The notes under the pieces were generated by a model. That model saw nothing but the letters and a program-made list of their open reading frames with translations. It was not told the origin of the DNA and made no database searches. The translations under genes and the position numbers were made by a program. Shown here piece after piece: positions 17,788 through 27,020 of a stretch of DNA of 64,000 nucleotides; position 1 is the first letter of the stretch; each line of letters opens with the position of its first letter. The stretch lies in the NCBI GenBank assembly GCA_041665485.1, contig JBAYIT010000001.1, positions 204,270 to 268,269 of the forward strand, written 5' to 3'. The stretch comes from Candidatus Shapirobacteria bacterium (GTDB taxonomy: Bacteria; Patescibacteriota; Microgenomatia; UBA12405).

Positions 17788-19353
17788 TTACTGCAAATAG
17801 GACTGCTTCCATGCCATAAGGTCGGTGAGGTCGACGAGTTGGTCGTGATTGAAGTCGGCGGTGGGGGAATAGACTCCGGAAGAGTAGGCGTCTTTCCAAA
17901 AAGCCAGATCGAAAAGAGTGAGTTTAGTGAAATTGTAAATATCGGGTAGAGGTGGGGGCGGGGCAACAGGCTGAGAAGTCATTAAATTGTTAAGAAAGCC
18001 GGCACACCAGTTTTTAATTTGGGAATTACGACAATCGGGAGTGGTATCGTCGGGATTGAAGTAGTAATATTGGCCGTCTTTGTAAAATTCCTCTTGGAGA
18101 GTGAGATAGGCGGATTTATCGCCAACCAGAGCGGAATTGACAGCTTTTTCAATGGCGGTTTTAGCGACTTGGTCGCCACCCTTACTAGCCCAATAGTCTT
18201 TACTAAAAAACCAGGAACCGCCGGGCTCGTAGCCATGACGGGTGTTGGGATAATTGGCAAATTTTGGTTCATAAAAATAACTTTGTTGGGGGCCAAAGCC
18301 ATTAAATTTAAACCAAACCCGACTGCCATAAGTTTGATGAGCCCAGGTCATGATTTCCTGGCTAACCCGGCCGGAATCGGAGGGGCCATTGCCATATTGG
18401 TAGACAACCGGAGTGGGGCTAAAGATTTTGACATAGCGGGTAATCTGATCTTTCATGGCTTGGATAAAATAATCATCAGCAACATAGCAGAATTGTTTGT
18501 GCTGGGTGGGGCAATTTTGAAAACAGGGGACGACCTTTTCACCTTCACCGGTGGCGGGATTGTAGCCGGAGTTGCAGTAGCTTTGTTGAGCCAATTCGTT
18601 TTTGGGCTTTTTGGTGACAGAGGAGAGTGATTCAAAAATAGAACAATTGGGGTTAAGAACGTCTTTTAGGAAACAGGAAGTGTCGGTGACGGCACATTTG
18701 GGGCCGATGTTGCCTTCGCCGTAAGTGCCACCGGACATGATGTTGACAGCTTCAATAGTGCCACTGGCAAAGTCTGTAGCAAAGTGGTTTTTCATAGCCA
18801 TTAGAGCATTGGAAAGAAGAGAGCGGTAGGTTGGGTCCCAGATGGCAGGAATCGAGTGGATGGCTTTAACGTTATTTTGGGTAATTTCGACAATATCTTG
18901 GGGATTAATAATATCGGAGGACATATTGGCTGGTTTAGGAAAAGTAACGTTTTTGCCGGAGCAACGAACTTGGAGCATTTGAACACCCTGATTGATGGCC
19001 CAGGAGGGGACATTTTGGAAACCGGAGAGGTCATCGGAGGTTTGAATTTGAAGCCAAATGTTTTTGTTTCTGTCTCTGGCTTGGGAAACGATCTGGTCCA
19101 TTTGAGACCAATTGTATTGGCCTTGGTAGCGTTCAACGGCGGCCCAGCTGTCGCCTCCAGATAGGTCGCTGAGGGTAGATGATGAATAGCCGAATTTAAC
19201 TTCGGGGCGGGAAAGAAAGGGATCGGTAATAGAATGGGCCTGGCCAAGCCCCAGCCCTAAAACTGGAGCCGGATGAGGAAGAATTAGAAATAAGAAACAA
19301 GAAACAAGAAATAAGATGATAGTTAAATATAACAAGATATTTAAATTTGACAA
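17788..19353 (-). CDS. Secreted protein, possibly glycoside-hydrolase-like, with a C-terminal dockerin-like pair
   Basis: N-terminal TM/signal segment. C-terminus 'LTLFDLAFWKDAY…DFNHDQLVDLTDLMAWKQSY'. The hydrolase assignment is speculative. Confidence 0.45.
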   Translation of the reverse strand: MSNLNILLYLTIILFLVSCFLFLILPHPAPVLGLGLGQAHSITDPFLSRPEVKFGYSSSTLSDLSGGDSWAAVERYQGQYNWSQMDQIVSQARDRNKNIWLQIQTSDDLSGFQNVPSWAINQGVQMLQVRCSGKNVTFPKPANMSSDIINPQDIVEITQNNVKAIHSIPAIWDPTYRSLLSNALMAMKNHFATDFASGTIEAVNIMSGGTYGEGNIGPKCAVTDTSCFLKDVLNPNCSIFESLSSVTKKPKNELAQQSYCNSGYNPATGEGEKVVPCFQNCPTQHKQFCYVADDYFIQAMKDQITRYVKIFSPTPVVYQYGNGPSDSGRVSQEIMTWAHQTYGSRVWFKFNGFGPQQSYFYEPKFANYPNTRHGYEPGGSWFFSKDYWASKGGDQVAKTAIEKAVNSALVGDKSAYLTLQEEFYKDGQYYYFNPDDTTPDCRNSQIKNWCAGFLNNLMTSQPVAPPPPLPDIYNFTKLTLFDLAFWKDAYSSGVYSPTADFNHDQLVDLTDLMAWKQSYLQ

Positions 19354-19448
19354 AATTCTAGGTAATAAAATCTAGATAATTATCGGTGTCTATAATTTGA
19401 AAAGAGTAGTGGTTAGGGTAGGACTCCAGCCATTTCCTCAAATTTGGT

Positions 19449-19706
19449 CTACTTGTAAATTTGGTGGGTACCGACGGAAAGAAACCAGATGGTTGATTCG
19501 GATTCGAATTGAAAAATAATTCGATAGTGATAATCGATACTAAATGACCAAAAGTCTTTGAGTTTGCCAGAGAGTCGGTGGGTTTTTAATTGGGGATCGA
19601 ATGGGTTAAGACGAAATATTTTTTCCCGTTTTTCGGCTTTTAATTTAACTTGTTGGGGGATTTTACGATATTCTTTGGCGAATTGGGGTGAGTAGATGAT
19701 TTCCAT
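19449..19706 (-). CDS. Type II toxin, RelE/ParE superfamily
   Basis: 85 aa. 'LSGKLKDFWSFSIDYHYRIIFQ' is the characteristic RelE/StbE core. Confidence 0.75.
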   Translation of the reverse strand: MEIIYSPQFAKEYRKIPQQVKLKAEKREKIFRLNPFDPQLKTHRLSGKLKDFWSFSIDYHYRIIFQFESESTIWFLSVGTHQIYK

Positions 19707-19921
19707 TGACGCAACCCCTTAAGAGAGCGTAGCACCTGACCCTGACCTTTGGCAATTTGGGATTGGCTCGTTTTAAGATGTTTAAGGGCTTCGGATTCGG
19801 AGTATTGACGCAAGAGATAGCGGAAAAATTCGCTTTTGGAGGCGTAGTTACCAGCGACAACATACTCCTCAACAAGAGAGGAGAGGGTTTCCGGTAGAGA
19901 GATATTAATGATAGAGCGCAT
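19640..19921 (-). CDS. Antitoxin, ribbon-helix-helix/ParD-like; the ORF overlaps the toxin start by 67 nt in another frame
   Basis: 'MRSIINISLPETLSSLVEEYVVAGNYASKSEFFRYLLRQ' has an RHH-type pattern. It lies immediately upstream of the toxin. The real C-terminus may be shorter. Confidence 0.5.
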   Translation of the reverse strand: MRSIINISLPETLSSLVEEYVVAGNYASKSEFFRYLLRQYSESEALKHLKTSQSQIAKGQGQVLRSLKGLRQWKSSTHPNSPKNIVKSPNKLN

Positions 19922-19928
19922 GTAATAA

Positions 19929-20000
19929 ATTGTATTACAGGAGAAGATTGTTTGTCAACTAGTACAAAAATTTGACAAAATAGGTAAGGGGGGTTAAAAT
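19929..20000. promoter_or_regulatory. Back-to-back divergent promoters whose two -35 TTGACA boxes form the inverted repeat TTGTCAA-N13-TTGACAA
   Basis: The rho side reads TTGACA(19972-19977), 17 nt, TAAAAT(19995-20000). The toxin-antitoxin side on the minus strand reads TTGACA (complement of 19953-19958), 18 nt, TACAAT (complement of 19929-19934), and that -10 ends 8 nt before the antitoxin ATG. Confidence 0.4.
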
Positions 20001-20065
20001 CAAAAAGAAGAATTAAGTTTTCCCCCTTTTGCCTTGTTTTCCTTATTATTTTGTTTTTTTCATAA

Positions 20066-21217
20066 ATGACTGGAGAAAAAATTGAAGAGCCATCAGTGGT
20101 GGCGGGTGTTGGTGTTGAGCAAATTATTGGTTATTTGGATATTGCCAATGATGGTGGCGGGTTTGTTCGGCCATTGTTTACGCCAAGTATTCGTGATGCC
20201 TATCTGCCGGCGATGCAGATTAGGAGATATGGATTAAGGATGGGAGATTTGATAGTAGGGCTGGCCAAGGCACCAAAAGAAAACGAAAAGTATTGGGGGA
20301 TAGTGAGAATTTCCAAAGTTAACGAAGTTGATTTAATGGCAGCGGGGCGGAGGCCGGACTTTAGGGATCTGGTGCCAATTTACCCAACAAAACAGGTAAA
20401 ACTAGAAAGTGACCCGGAGATAATATCGACGAGAATTATTGACCTTTTTTGCCCAATCGGCTTTGGCCAAAGAGGAATGATTGTTAGCCCGCCGAAAGCT
20501 GGTAAAACAACACTTTTAAAGGAGATTGCCAGTGGAGTGGCGAAAAATTATCCAGAGATTCATTTGATGGCGGTGCTAGTGGGAGAGAGGCCAGAAGAGG
20601 TGACCGATATGCAAAGATTTATTAAGGGGGAAGTAGTGGCCAGTAGTTTTGACCAAAAACCAGAGGAACAGACAAAGGCGGCGGAAATTGCGATTGAAAG
20701 AGCTAAAAGATTGGTGGAGCAGGGAAAAGATGTGTTTATGGTGTTTGACTCGATTACCAGGTTGGCCCGGGCTTATAATTTGGCGATTCCAACTTCGGGA
20801 AGAACATTGTCGGGAGGATTTGACCCAGCAGCTTTGTATCCGTCGAAGAAATTTTTCGGAGCAGCCAGAAAGATTGAAAACGGTGGAAGTTTGACGATTA
20901 TCGGAACGGCTCTAGTAGACACCGGCTCAAAAATGGACGAATTAATTTTTGAGGAATTTAAGGGAACCGGCAATATGGAATTGAGACTGACAAGAGAATT
21001 GGCGGAAAGAAGGATTTTTCCGGCTTTTGATGTGTTGAAATCGGGAACAAGAAAGGAAGAGTTACTGCTTGACGATAGTACTTTGGGAAGAATTGTTTCA
21101 ATTAGGAGAATGTTTGATACTTTGGGGAATACCGATGAAGCAGCGGAGATGATTATTGACCAAATGAGAAAAACCAAAACCAATGCCGATTTCTTGGCAA
21201 AAGTGGTTAAAAAATAA
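20066..21217 (+). CDS. rho: Transcription termination factor Rho
   Basis: Cold-shock-like RNA-binding domain 'IIGYLDIANDGGGFVRP…GDLIVG'. Walker A 'SPPKAGKTTLL'. RecA-type ATPase core with Q- and R-loops. 383 aa. Confidence 0.9.
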   Translation: MTGEKIEEPSVVAGVGVEQIIGYLDIANDGGGFVRPLFTPSIRDAYLPAMQIRRYGLRMGDLIVGLAKAPKENEKYWGIVRISKVNEVDLMAAGRRPDFRDLVPIYPTKQVKLESDPEIISTRIIDLFCPIGFGQRGMIVSPPKAGKTTLLKEIASGVAKNYPEIHLMAVLVGERPEEVTDMQRFIKGEVVASSFDQKPEEQTKAAEIAIERAKRLVEQGKDVFMVFDSITRLARAYNLAIPTSGRTLSGGFDPAALYPSKKFFGAARKIENGGSLTIIGTALVDTGSKMDELIFEEFKGTGNMELRLTRELAERRIFPAFDVLKSGTRKEELLLDDSTLGRIVSIRRMFDTLGNTDEAAEMIIDQMRKTKTNADFLAKVVKK

Positions 21218-21257
21218 GAATTTACGAATTTACGAATTTACGAATCTGGAAAGATAG

Positions 21258-21632
21258 ATGGAGAACAAAACAATCAAATCCTTTACAGATCTTCTTGTTT
21301 GGAGACAAGCTCATGAATTGGTGTTGGAAATCTATAAAGTAACAAAAACGTTTCCTACAGAGGAAAAATATGGATTGACTGATCAAATAAGAAGAGCAGC
21401 AATTTCAATAACCAGTAATATTGCCGAAGGATTTTCTCGTGGCGGTTACAAAGAAAAATGTCAATTTTACTATATGTCTTTGGGTTCTTTGACTGAGGTT
21501 CAAAATCAATTACTGGTTGCTAGGGATGTTGGATATATTAGTAGTTTAGAATTTAATCGGATGGCGGAGAAAACTATTTCAGTACAGAAATTATTAAATA
21601 GATTTATTTCGACAACAAAAAGTTTTATCTAG
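21258..21632 (+). CDS. Four-helix-bundle protein of the 23S rRNA intervening-sequence / Avd-like family
   Basis: 124 aa. 'LLVWRQAHELVLEIYKVTKTFPTEEKYGLTDQIRRAAISITSNIAEG' is typical of the TIGR02436/PF05635 family. Confidence 0.75.
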   Translation: MENKTIKSFTDLLVWRQAHELVLEIYKVTKTFPTEEKYGLTDQIRRAAISITSNIAEGFSRGGYKEKCQFYYMSLGSLTEVQNQLLVARDVGYISSLEFNRMAEKTISVQKLLNRFISTTKSFI

Positions 21633-21664
21633 ATTCTAGATTCGTTAATTCTAGATTCTTAATT

Positions 21665-22774
21665 ATGGAAATAATAGGAAGAAGGAATATAAAAATAGAG
21701 TGGGGATTGATCAAGGAGTTTTTGAGATGTCAGTGGCAACTTTTGGCAGTGATAGCAACCGCCCTTTTGGGTTGGTCGGTGATAATCAAGGGGACTTTGA
21801 CGAAGTTAATGTATCGACAGAGGGGGAGATTTTCTCAAGGTTTTGTGAACGCCAGCTTGGCGGGAATGGTGCTACTGGTGTTAACTTTTTCGGGAAAACT
21901 TGAGGAAATAATTTCTAAAAGCCAGAGTGGGAATGAAAACCAAGGGGGAAATTATTATTTGCTGGCGACGGAAGGGGGGATGGATGTGGGGACATTGGTG
22001 TCTAACTCGCAAAAGGGTGAGGTGACTGAGTATCGGGTGGAGGCAGGAGATACAGTTTCGAGTATTGCCCAAAAGTTTTCGGTAAGTATTGATACGATTC
22101 TCTGGGAGAATAATTTGAAGTCGGCTGACAGCATTAAAGAAAAACAAATTTTGAGAATTTTGCCGGTGACGGGGCTTCGTTATAAGGTGGCCAGAGGAGA
22201 AACGATTTACAGTGTGGCAAAAAAGCTTCAAGTTGACGCCCAAAACATTATTGATTACCCATTTAACAGTTTTAGCAATGACGAAACTTTTGCTCTATTG
22301 GCGGGACAGGAATTAATTGTGCCAGACGGAATTAAACAGAAAGAAATAGTGGTGGATACCAACAGATATTTGGCTAGGACAGTGGCGCCGATTCCGGGAG
22401 TGGTGGGGGAGGGTAACTTTATGTGGCCGACTTCGGGGAGGATTAGCCAAAAGTATTATTGGTATCATCCGGCGGTGGATATTGCCAATGCCTCGGGCCC
22501 GGATATTGTGGCGGCCCAAGGGGGGACAGTGGTGACGGCTGGTTGGAACGCCGGAGGCTATGGTAATTATGTGATAATTGACCACGGAAATGGTTTTAAA
22601 ACTCTATATGGACATATGGTAACCGGATCGCTTTTGGTGTCGGCGGGCCAGAAGGTTAATCAGGGACAAAAAATTGGAAGAATGGGAAGTACGGGGAGGT
22701 CGACGGGGACACATTTGCATTTCGAAGTGATCGGGCTAAAGGGTAAAGTTGATCCGTTGGGAGTACTTAAATAA
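21665..22774 (+). CDS. LysM-domain M23-family peptidoglycan endopeptidase
   Basis: Two LysM repeats ('YRVEAGDTVSSIAQKF…', 'YKVARGETIYSVAKKL…'). The C-terminal M23 domain has 'HPAVDIA', 'YGNYVIIDHGNGFKTLYGHM' and 'GSTGRSTGTHLHFEV'. Confidence 0.85.
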   Translation: MEIIGRRNIKIEWGLIKEFLRCQWQLLAVIATALLGWSVIIKGTLTKLMYRQRGRFSQGFVNASLAGMVLLVLTFSGKLEEIISKSQSGNENQGGNYYLLATEGGMDVGTLVSNSQKGEVTEYRVEAGDTVSSIAQKFSVSIDTILWENNLKSADSIKEKQILRILPVTGLRYKVARGETIYSVAKKLQVDAQNIIDYPFNSFSNDETFALLAGQELIVPDGIKQKEIVVDTNRYLARTVAPIPGVVGEGNFMWPTSGRISQKYYWYHPAVDIANASGPDIVAAQGGTVVTAGWNAGGYGNYVIIDHGNGFKTLYGHMVTGSLLVSAGQKVNQGQKIGRMGSTGRSTGTHLHFEVIGLKGKVDPLGVLK

Positions 22775-22887
22775 AATTTTTAATTTTTAATTTTTAATTT
22801 TAAATCAATTTTTAATTCATAATTTTAAAATTAGAAAATTATATTTTGACTAAAAATTTCAAATTTTAAATTTAAAATTAAATTGTC

Positions 22888-24915
22888 GTGGTGGGGGCGG
22901 GGGATGTGCGGAAAAAAGACCTAGGTGGTGATAGACAGTGGGCGGATGATTTGTTAGTCTGGCTTATGATAAAGAAGATTTTTATATGGTATGTAGTAAT
23001 TGCTAACTGCTTATGGCTGGTGGCTTGGTTACCAGTGTCGACTGACCCGTTTGGATGGGGAAAAAATTGGCTATTGCTGGCAACTTTGGTAATAGGCTGG
23101 TGTTTGTGGACGGTGGCGAATCTGACGGGTGAAAGAAAACTAAGAGTTAATCGATATGCGATTTGGTTGCTGGCGTGGTTGGCATTAGCACTGGTGTCAT
23201 GGTGGTTGTTGCCGGGGCTTGGGGCAAGAAATAGGTCAATGTTAATTCCGGGTGGAGTGGGAACTTTAATTGGAGTAGTGTTGTGGTTTTGGTTATGGCT
23301 TCAGGGTGGGAAACAATTAAGGAAAGGACAATTTTTGGGATTGACAGTGGTGGCGGTGATAACGGTGGTGGTGGGGGTGGTGACTTTTATGATCCCGGAA
23401 AAGAGTTTACCGATTTTATGGCCAAAAGATAATCCAATTTTGGCGATTGGCCAGGGTTGGTCGATGTTTGGTTCTTTGTTGTCGGAAGTAGTATTTTTGG
23501 CAGTGATGGCCGGATGGTGGATCAAACGGGTGATTGGCAAACTTCGAGTTAACGAGAGTGGTTATGTGGTGGAAGCGATCGTGGCCGGGGTGTTGATTTT
23601 GGGATTGGGAGTGGATGTTTTTAGGATATTTAAATTGGGAGTGGTGGTTTTAGATTTAAATAGTAGTTGGGTAATAGCCTTGGAGGCAATGAAGAGAAAT
23701 CAATGGCTGGGAGTGGGGGTAGGGAATTATATCGAGGCTTTTAATTTGTTTAAGCCGGCATCTTTTAATTTGGGGCAGACCTGGACAACGGTTTTTTCCG
23801 GAGCAACAGTAGCCTTAATTCAGTGGTGGACGGAAATGGGATTAGCGGGAATGGTGCTGATAGGAATTGTGCTGACAATGGCGATTAAATCAAGAAGCCC
23901 GGGGGTAATTTTGGCAATGGCAATGTTCTTTTTACTGCCGGTAAATCAGGTGGTGTTGATGGTAGCATTAATGTTGTTGTTTTGGTCGGTGGAAACGACA
24001 AAAAGTGAAGTCCGGGTGGCAGTAGGAGAAAAAGGAGTAAATATTGGGCCGGTATTGATGGCTTTGGTGGTTTGGGGTTTGGCAATTTGGAGTAGCTATA
24101 ATTTAGGTAAGGTGTTGTTGGCGGAAGTGAGGATGAGGAGTTCGCTTTTGGCAATGGCAAAAAATGACGGGGTGAGAACTTATAATGAAGAGATATTGGC
24201 GATAGGGCTTAACCCCAATGATAGTGATTACAGGAGGATTTATTCGCAAACTAATTTAGCTTTGGCAAAAAATATTTTAGCCAATAAAGATCTAACTGAT
24301 GAAGACAAACAGAGGGCGTCGACTTTGGTGGAGCAGTCGGTTAGGGAAGCGAAGGTAGCAGTAAGTTTGGATAATTTAAACTCGGCCAATTGGGCAAATT
24401 TAGCGGTGATTTATCGCGAGTTGGTGGGGTTGGTTGACGGAGCGGCAGATTGGAGTTATCAGGCCTATACCCAAGCGGTGGCGCTGGATCCGACTAATCC
24501 GACTTTGAGATTAAATTTTGGTGGCTTACTTTATGCGGCTAATCGCTTTGAGGAGGCGGACAGGATGTTTGAGCAGGTGGTAACAAACAAGGCCGATTTG
24601 GCTAATGGCTGGTATAACTGGGCATACACGGCAAAAAATATGAACAAACTTTCGGAGGCAGTGGCAAGGCTGTCACAAGCTTTGACTTTGGTGCCGGTTG
24701 ATTCAACTGACAGGACAAAAGCAGAGGGAGAACTGGCGGGGTGGAAGAAAGAGCTGGAGGCTTTAAATCAGAAGCAAGGACAGGTGGGGCAAGTGACCGG
24801 AGAACCAACTCCGACACCAACAGAGGTGTTGAAGGTGGCAGAACCATTGCCAACGGCAAGCGAGGAGACAAAAGTAGTAGTGCCGACGGGGAGCTTGGAA
24901 CCACCGAAGAATTAG
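22888..24915 (+). CDS. O-antigen-ligase (Wzy_C)-like polytopic membrane protein with C-terminal TPR repeats
   Basis: At least ten TM segments. 'EAMKRNQWLGVGVGNYIEAF' is the ligase-loop motif. The TPR-like C-terminus is 'ADWSYQAYTQAVALDPTNPTLRLNFGGLLYAANRFEEA'. The true start may be the internal ATG at 22966. Confidence 0.6.
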   Translation: MVGAGDVRKKDLGGDRQWADDLLVWLMIKKIFIWYVVIANCLWLVAWLPVSTDPFGWGKNWLLLATLVIGWCLWTVANLTGERKLRVNRYAIWLLAWLALALVSWWLLPGLGARNRSMLIPGGVGTLIGVVLWFWLWLQGGKQLRKGQFLGLTVVAVITVVVGVVTFMIPEKSLPILWPKDNPILAIGQGWSMFGSLLSEVVFLAVMAGWWIKRVIGKLRVNESGYVVEAIVAGVLILGLGVDVFRIFKLGVVVLDLNSSWVIALEAMKRNQWLGVGVGNYIEAFNLFKPASFNLGQTWTTVFSGATVALIQWWTEMGLAGMVLIGIVLTMAIKSRSPGVILAMAMFFLLPVNQVVLMVALMLLFWSVETTKSEVRVAVGEKGVNIGPVLMALVVWGLAIWSSYNLGKVLLAEVRMRSSLLAMAKNDGVRTYNEEILAIGLNPNDSDYRRIYSQTNLALAKNILANKDLTDEDKQRASTLVEQSVREAKVAVSLDNLNSANWANLAVIYRELVGLVDGAADWSYQAYTQAVALDPTNPTLRLNFGGLLYAANRFEEADRMFEQVVTNKADLANGWYNWAYTAKNMNKLSEAVARLSQALTLVPVDSTDRTKAEGELAGWKKELEALNQKQGQVGQVTGEPTPTPTEVLKVAEPLPTASEETKVVVPTGSLEPPKN

Positions 24916-24965
24916 ATCCTAGTTCCTAGTTCCTAGATCATAGATCCTAGTTCCTAGATTTTGGA
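24916..24965. repeat. Family-C repeat (tagatcctagttcc…) in an intergenic position
   Basis: Same heptamer-based element that encodes 'SNIQDLRSK' inside genes at 25330-28365 and 41290-42020. Confidence 0.6.
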
Positions 24966-25325
24966 TTTTAGGTATTTGATGAGAGAGTTCAACATTTTAC
25001 CGATTTGGTTGGACATTTCGATTAAGTGGTTATACTCCAGTATTTTGATATAACCTAAATCTTTAGCAAGTAAGAGGTGATACTTGGTTTCGGCTAAAGA
25101 ACCCTTGGAGGTGTATAGAAATTGAATATACTCTTTTTTCGTTTGGCGTTCGTTTCCTTCGACGATGTTGGTGGCAACAGAACTGGACGATCTTTTAACC
25201 TGATCCGTTAAAGAGTATTTTTCTTCGGGTGGAAATGTTTTAGTTGCTTTGTAAACTTCGACAGTAAGTTGGTGAGACAATTGCCATACCCTTAAGTTTT
25301 CAAAACTGTTTTGTTCTGTTTCCAT
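24954..25325 (-). CDS. Four-helix-bundle protein (Avd/23S-IVS family), second copy
   Basis: 'LRVWQLSHQLTVEVYKATKTFPPEEKYSLTDQVKRSSSSVATNIVEG'. Confidence 0.75.
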   Translation of the reverse strand: METEQNSFENLRVWQLSHQLTVEVYKATKTFPPEEKYSLTDQVKRSSSSVATNIVEGNERQTKKEYIQFLYTSKGSLAETKYHLLLAKDLGYIKILEYNHLIEMSNQIGKMLNSLIKYLKSKI

Positions 25326-25353
25326 CTAACATCTAGGACCTAGCAACTAGGAT

Positions 25354-26508
25354 CTAATTAATAATCCACCACTTGAATTCAATGTCTTCGGTAACAGGGG
25401 AGTCGAGGCCGACAATAAAGGAGCCGGGTTGTTTGGAGAAGATTTGAAGGTTTTGATTTTTGCCACCTTTTGTTGTAGTTAGGTAGATTTGGGATAGGGA
25501 TGAGACGTGGGAGTTGGTGATAGTTAGTTGCTTTTGATTGGCGGGTAGGGTGCTGTTGCCGGAGAGAGCGTTGCTGTCGGATTGATTAACAACAGAGATC
25601 TTTTTGTCGGTTTCGGGAGAGGCGATGATGGGGCCATTGGGAATTGAGGCTTCGAGAAGAGGACCTTCGGGAGAGATGGTAGATCCTGGATCCTGGATCC
25701 TGGATGGGAATGAAGTGGGATTATTATTTTTATTTTGCGACAGTAAATTTTCCAGGGCGGATTTTTCCGAAGAAACAACTTGAATTTGGCTTTGGTCGGT
25801 AAGGAGGGGAAGGAGGCGGGTGTAGGTGGCTAGGGCCTCTGGTATTTGGCCAATTTGTTGTTGGAGGCGGGCGAGATCGTAAAAATTCTGAGCCTTGGTG
25901 GGTTCGAGACTGACGGTGGCCATAAGGTATTGGAGAGTATTTTGGGCATCGCCTTTTTTAGCATAGAGCGAGGCCAAAAGGCGAGATATTTCGGCAGAAG
26001 ACGGATTTAGTCGATTGGCGATGGAAAAATCGGCTAAAGCAGAATCGATAAATTGAGGCTGGGAGTCGGAAAGAGATTGATAGATACGGGCGCGTTGTTC
26101 GTAACCACGGAAATCTTGAGGGAATAATTTGATGGCATCGGTGGCGGAGAGGATGGACTGATTGAGAAGGTCGATAGTAGATGGTCGATCGTTGATCGTC
26201 GATGTTGGTTTTTGTTGTTGGAGGGCGAGGGCCTGTGAGAAGTATGTTTGGGAGGCGAGGAGGTAATGTTGGATGGACTTGGGAACTTGGGTGGGAATGA
26301 TTTGGATCTTAGATGGTAGATCTTGGATCTTAGATGAAGGATTTTGATTAGATTTGAGGAGGACGAGACTGCCAAAAGAGATAATGGAGAGGCCGGAAAT
26401 GGAGAGGAGGGGGAGCACGGAGTTCTTAGATCTTGGATGATAGATCTTAGATGGTTGAGAGAGGCCGAGAGAAGAGAGTTTGGTGATTTGATCGGGAGTG
26501 AGATACAT
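25354..26508 (-). CDS. Membrane-anchored TPR-repeat protein with the C-terminal 'WWIIN' domain
   Basis: N-terminal TM 'LPLLSISGLSIISFGSLVLL'. TPR-like repeats. The C-terminal ~60 aa, '…IVGLDSPVTEDIEFKWWIIN', are homologous to the C-terminus of the giant protein. Confidence 0.6.
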   Translation of the reverse strand: MYLTPDQITKLSSLGLSQPSKIYHPRSKNSVLPLLSISGLSIISFGSLVLLKSNQNPSSKIQDLPSKIQIIPTQVPKSIQHYLLASQTYFSQALALQQQKPTSTINDRPSTIDLLNQSILSATDAIKLFPQDFRGYEQRARIYQSLSDSQPQFIDSALADFSIANRLNPSSAEISRLLASLYAKKGDAQNTLQYLMATVSLEPTKAQNFYDLARLQQQIGQIPEALATYTRLLPLLTDQSQIQVVSSEKSALENLLSQNKNNNPTSFPSRIQDPGSTISPEGPLLEASIPNGPIIASPETDKKISVVNQSDSNALSGNSTLPANQKQLTITNSHVSSLSQIYLTTTKGGKNQNLQIFSKQPGSFIVGLDSPVTEDIEFKWWIIN

Positions 26509-26566
26509 GTGAGAAAATTTTAAATTCTAAATTCTAAATTTTAAATTTTAAATAAAAACAAGATAG

Positions 26567-26908
26567 TTATTTTTTAATTAGAGCAATTTTAGAAAAAATA
26601 AGAGAAAGTTCGTGAGCTTCTTGGTAAAGAATAGCAAAAATAGCATGTTGATTTGGGATTGCTTTAAAAAACATCTTTAACCAGTAGCGAGTTTCCATTG
26701 ATTCTCTTTTACAAATTAGGATTTTATTACGAAAATCTTTGGGACTTGAAGCTCCATTGGCTTCAGAATAATTAGCACCAATACTGGTAGCACTACGAAT
26801 TATTTGTTTGATTAATGGTAAGGTAATGGCTGTTTTGGGTAATTTTTGGCACAGATCAATAATATCTTCGCTAAATTTTTCAGTTCTTTTTTCTAAGTTG
26901 TACTCCAT
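26567..26908 (-). CDS. Four-helix-bundle protein (Avd/23S-IVS family), third and more divergent copy
   Basis: 'IIRSATSIGANYSEANGASSPKDFRNKILICKRESMETRYWL'. Confidence 0.6.
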   Translation of the reverse strand: MEYNLEKRTEKFSEDIIDLCQKLPKTAITLPLIKQIIRSATSIGANYSEANGASSPKDFRNKILICKRESMETRYWLKMFFKAIPNQHAIFAILYQEAHELSLIFSKIALIKK

Positions 26909-27020
26909 GAGATATAAGAAAATTTTAAATTCTAAATTTTTTAATTTTAAATAAAAACAAAAATAAAACTTATAATCACTGATTATTTTAGAATTTAGAA
27001 TTTAAAATTTAGAATTGTTT
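26909..27020. repeat. AT-rich intergenic repeat family (aatttaaaatt / tagaattt)n
   Basis: Similar blocks occur at 22775-22890, 26509-26566, 43375-43452, 48600-48711, 50040-50170, 51836-51968, 58500-58560 and 59900-60060. Confidence 0.6.

Noticed and set aside
21258-27020. Diversity-generating retroelement (Avd-like four-helix-bundle genes next to surface-protein 3' ends)
   Set aside because: No reverse transcriptase ORF anywhere in the window. No template/variable repeat pair with adenine-specific mismatches was recognisable. The Avd-like fold alone is insufficient.
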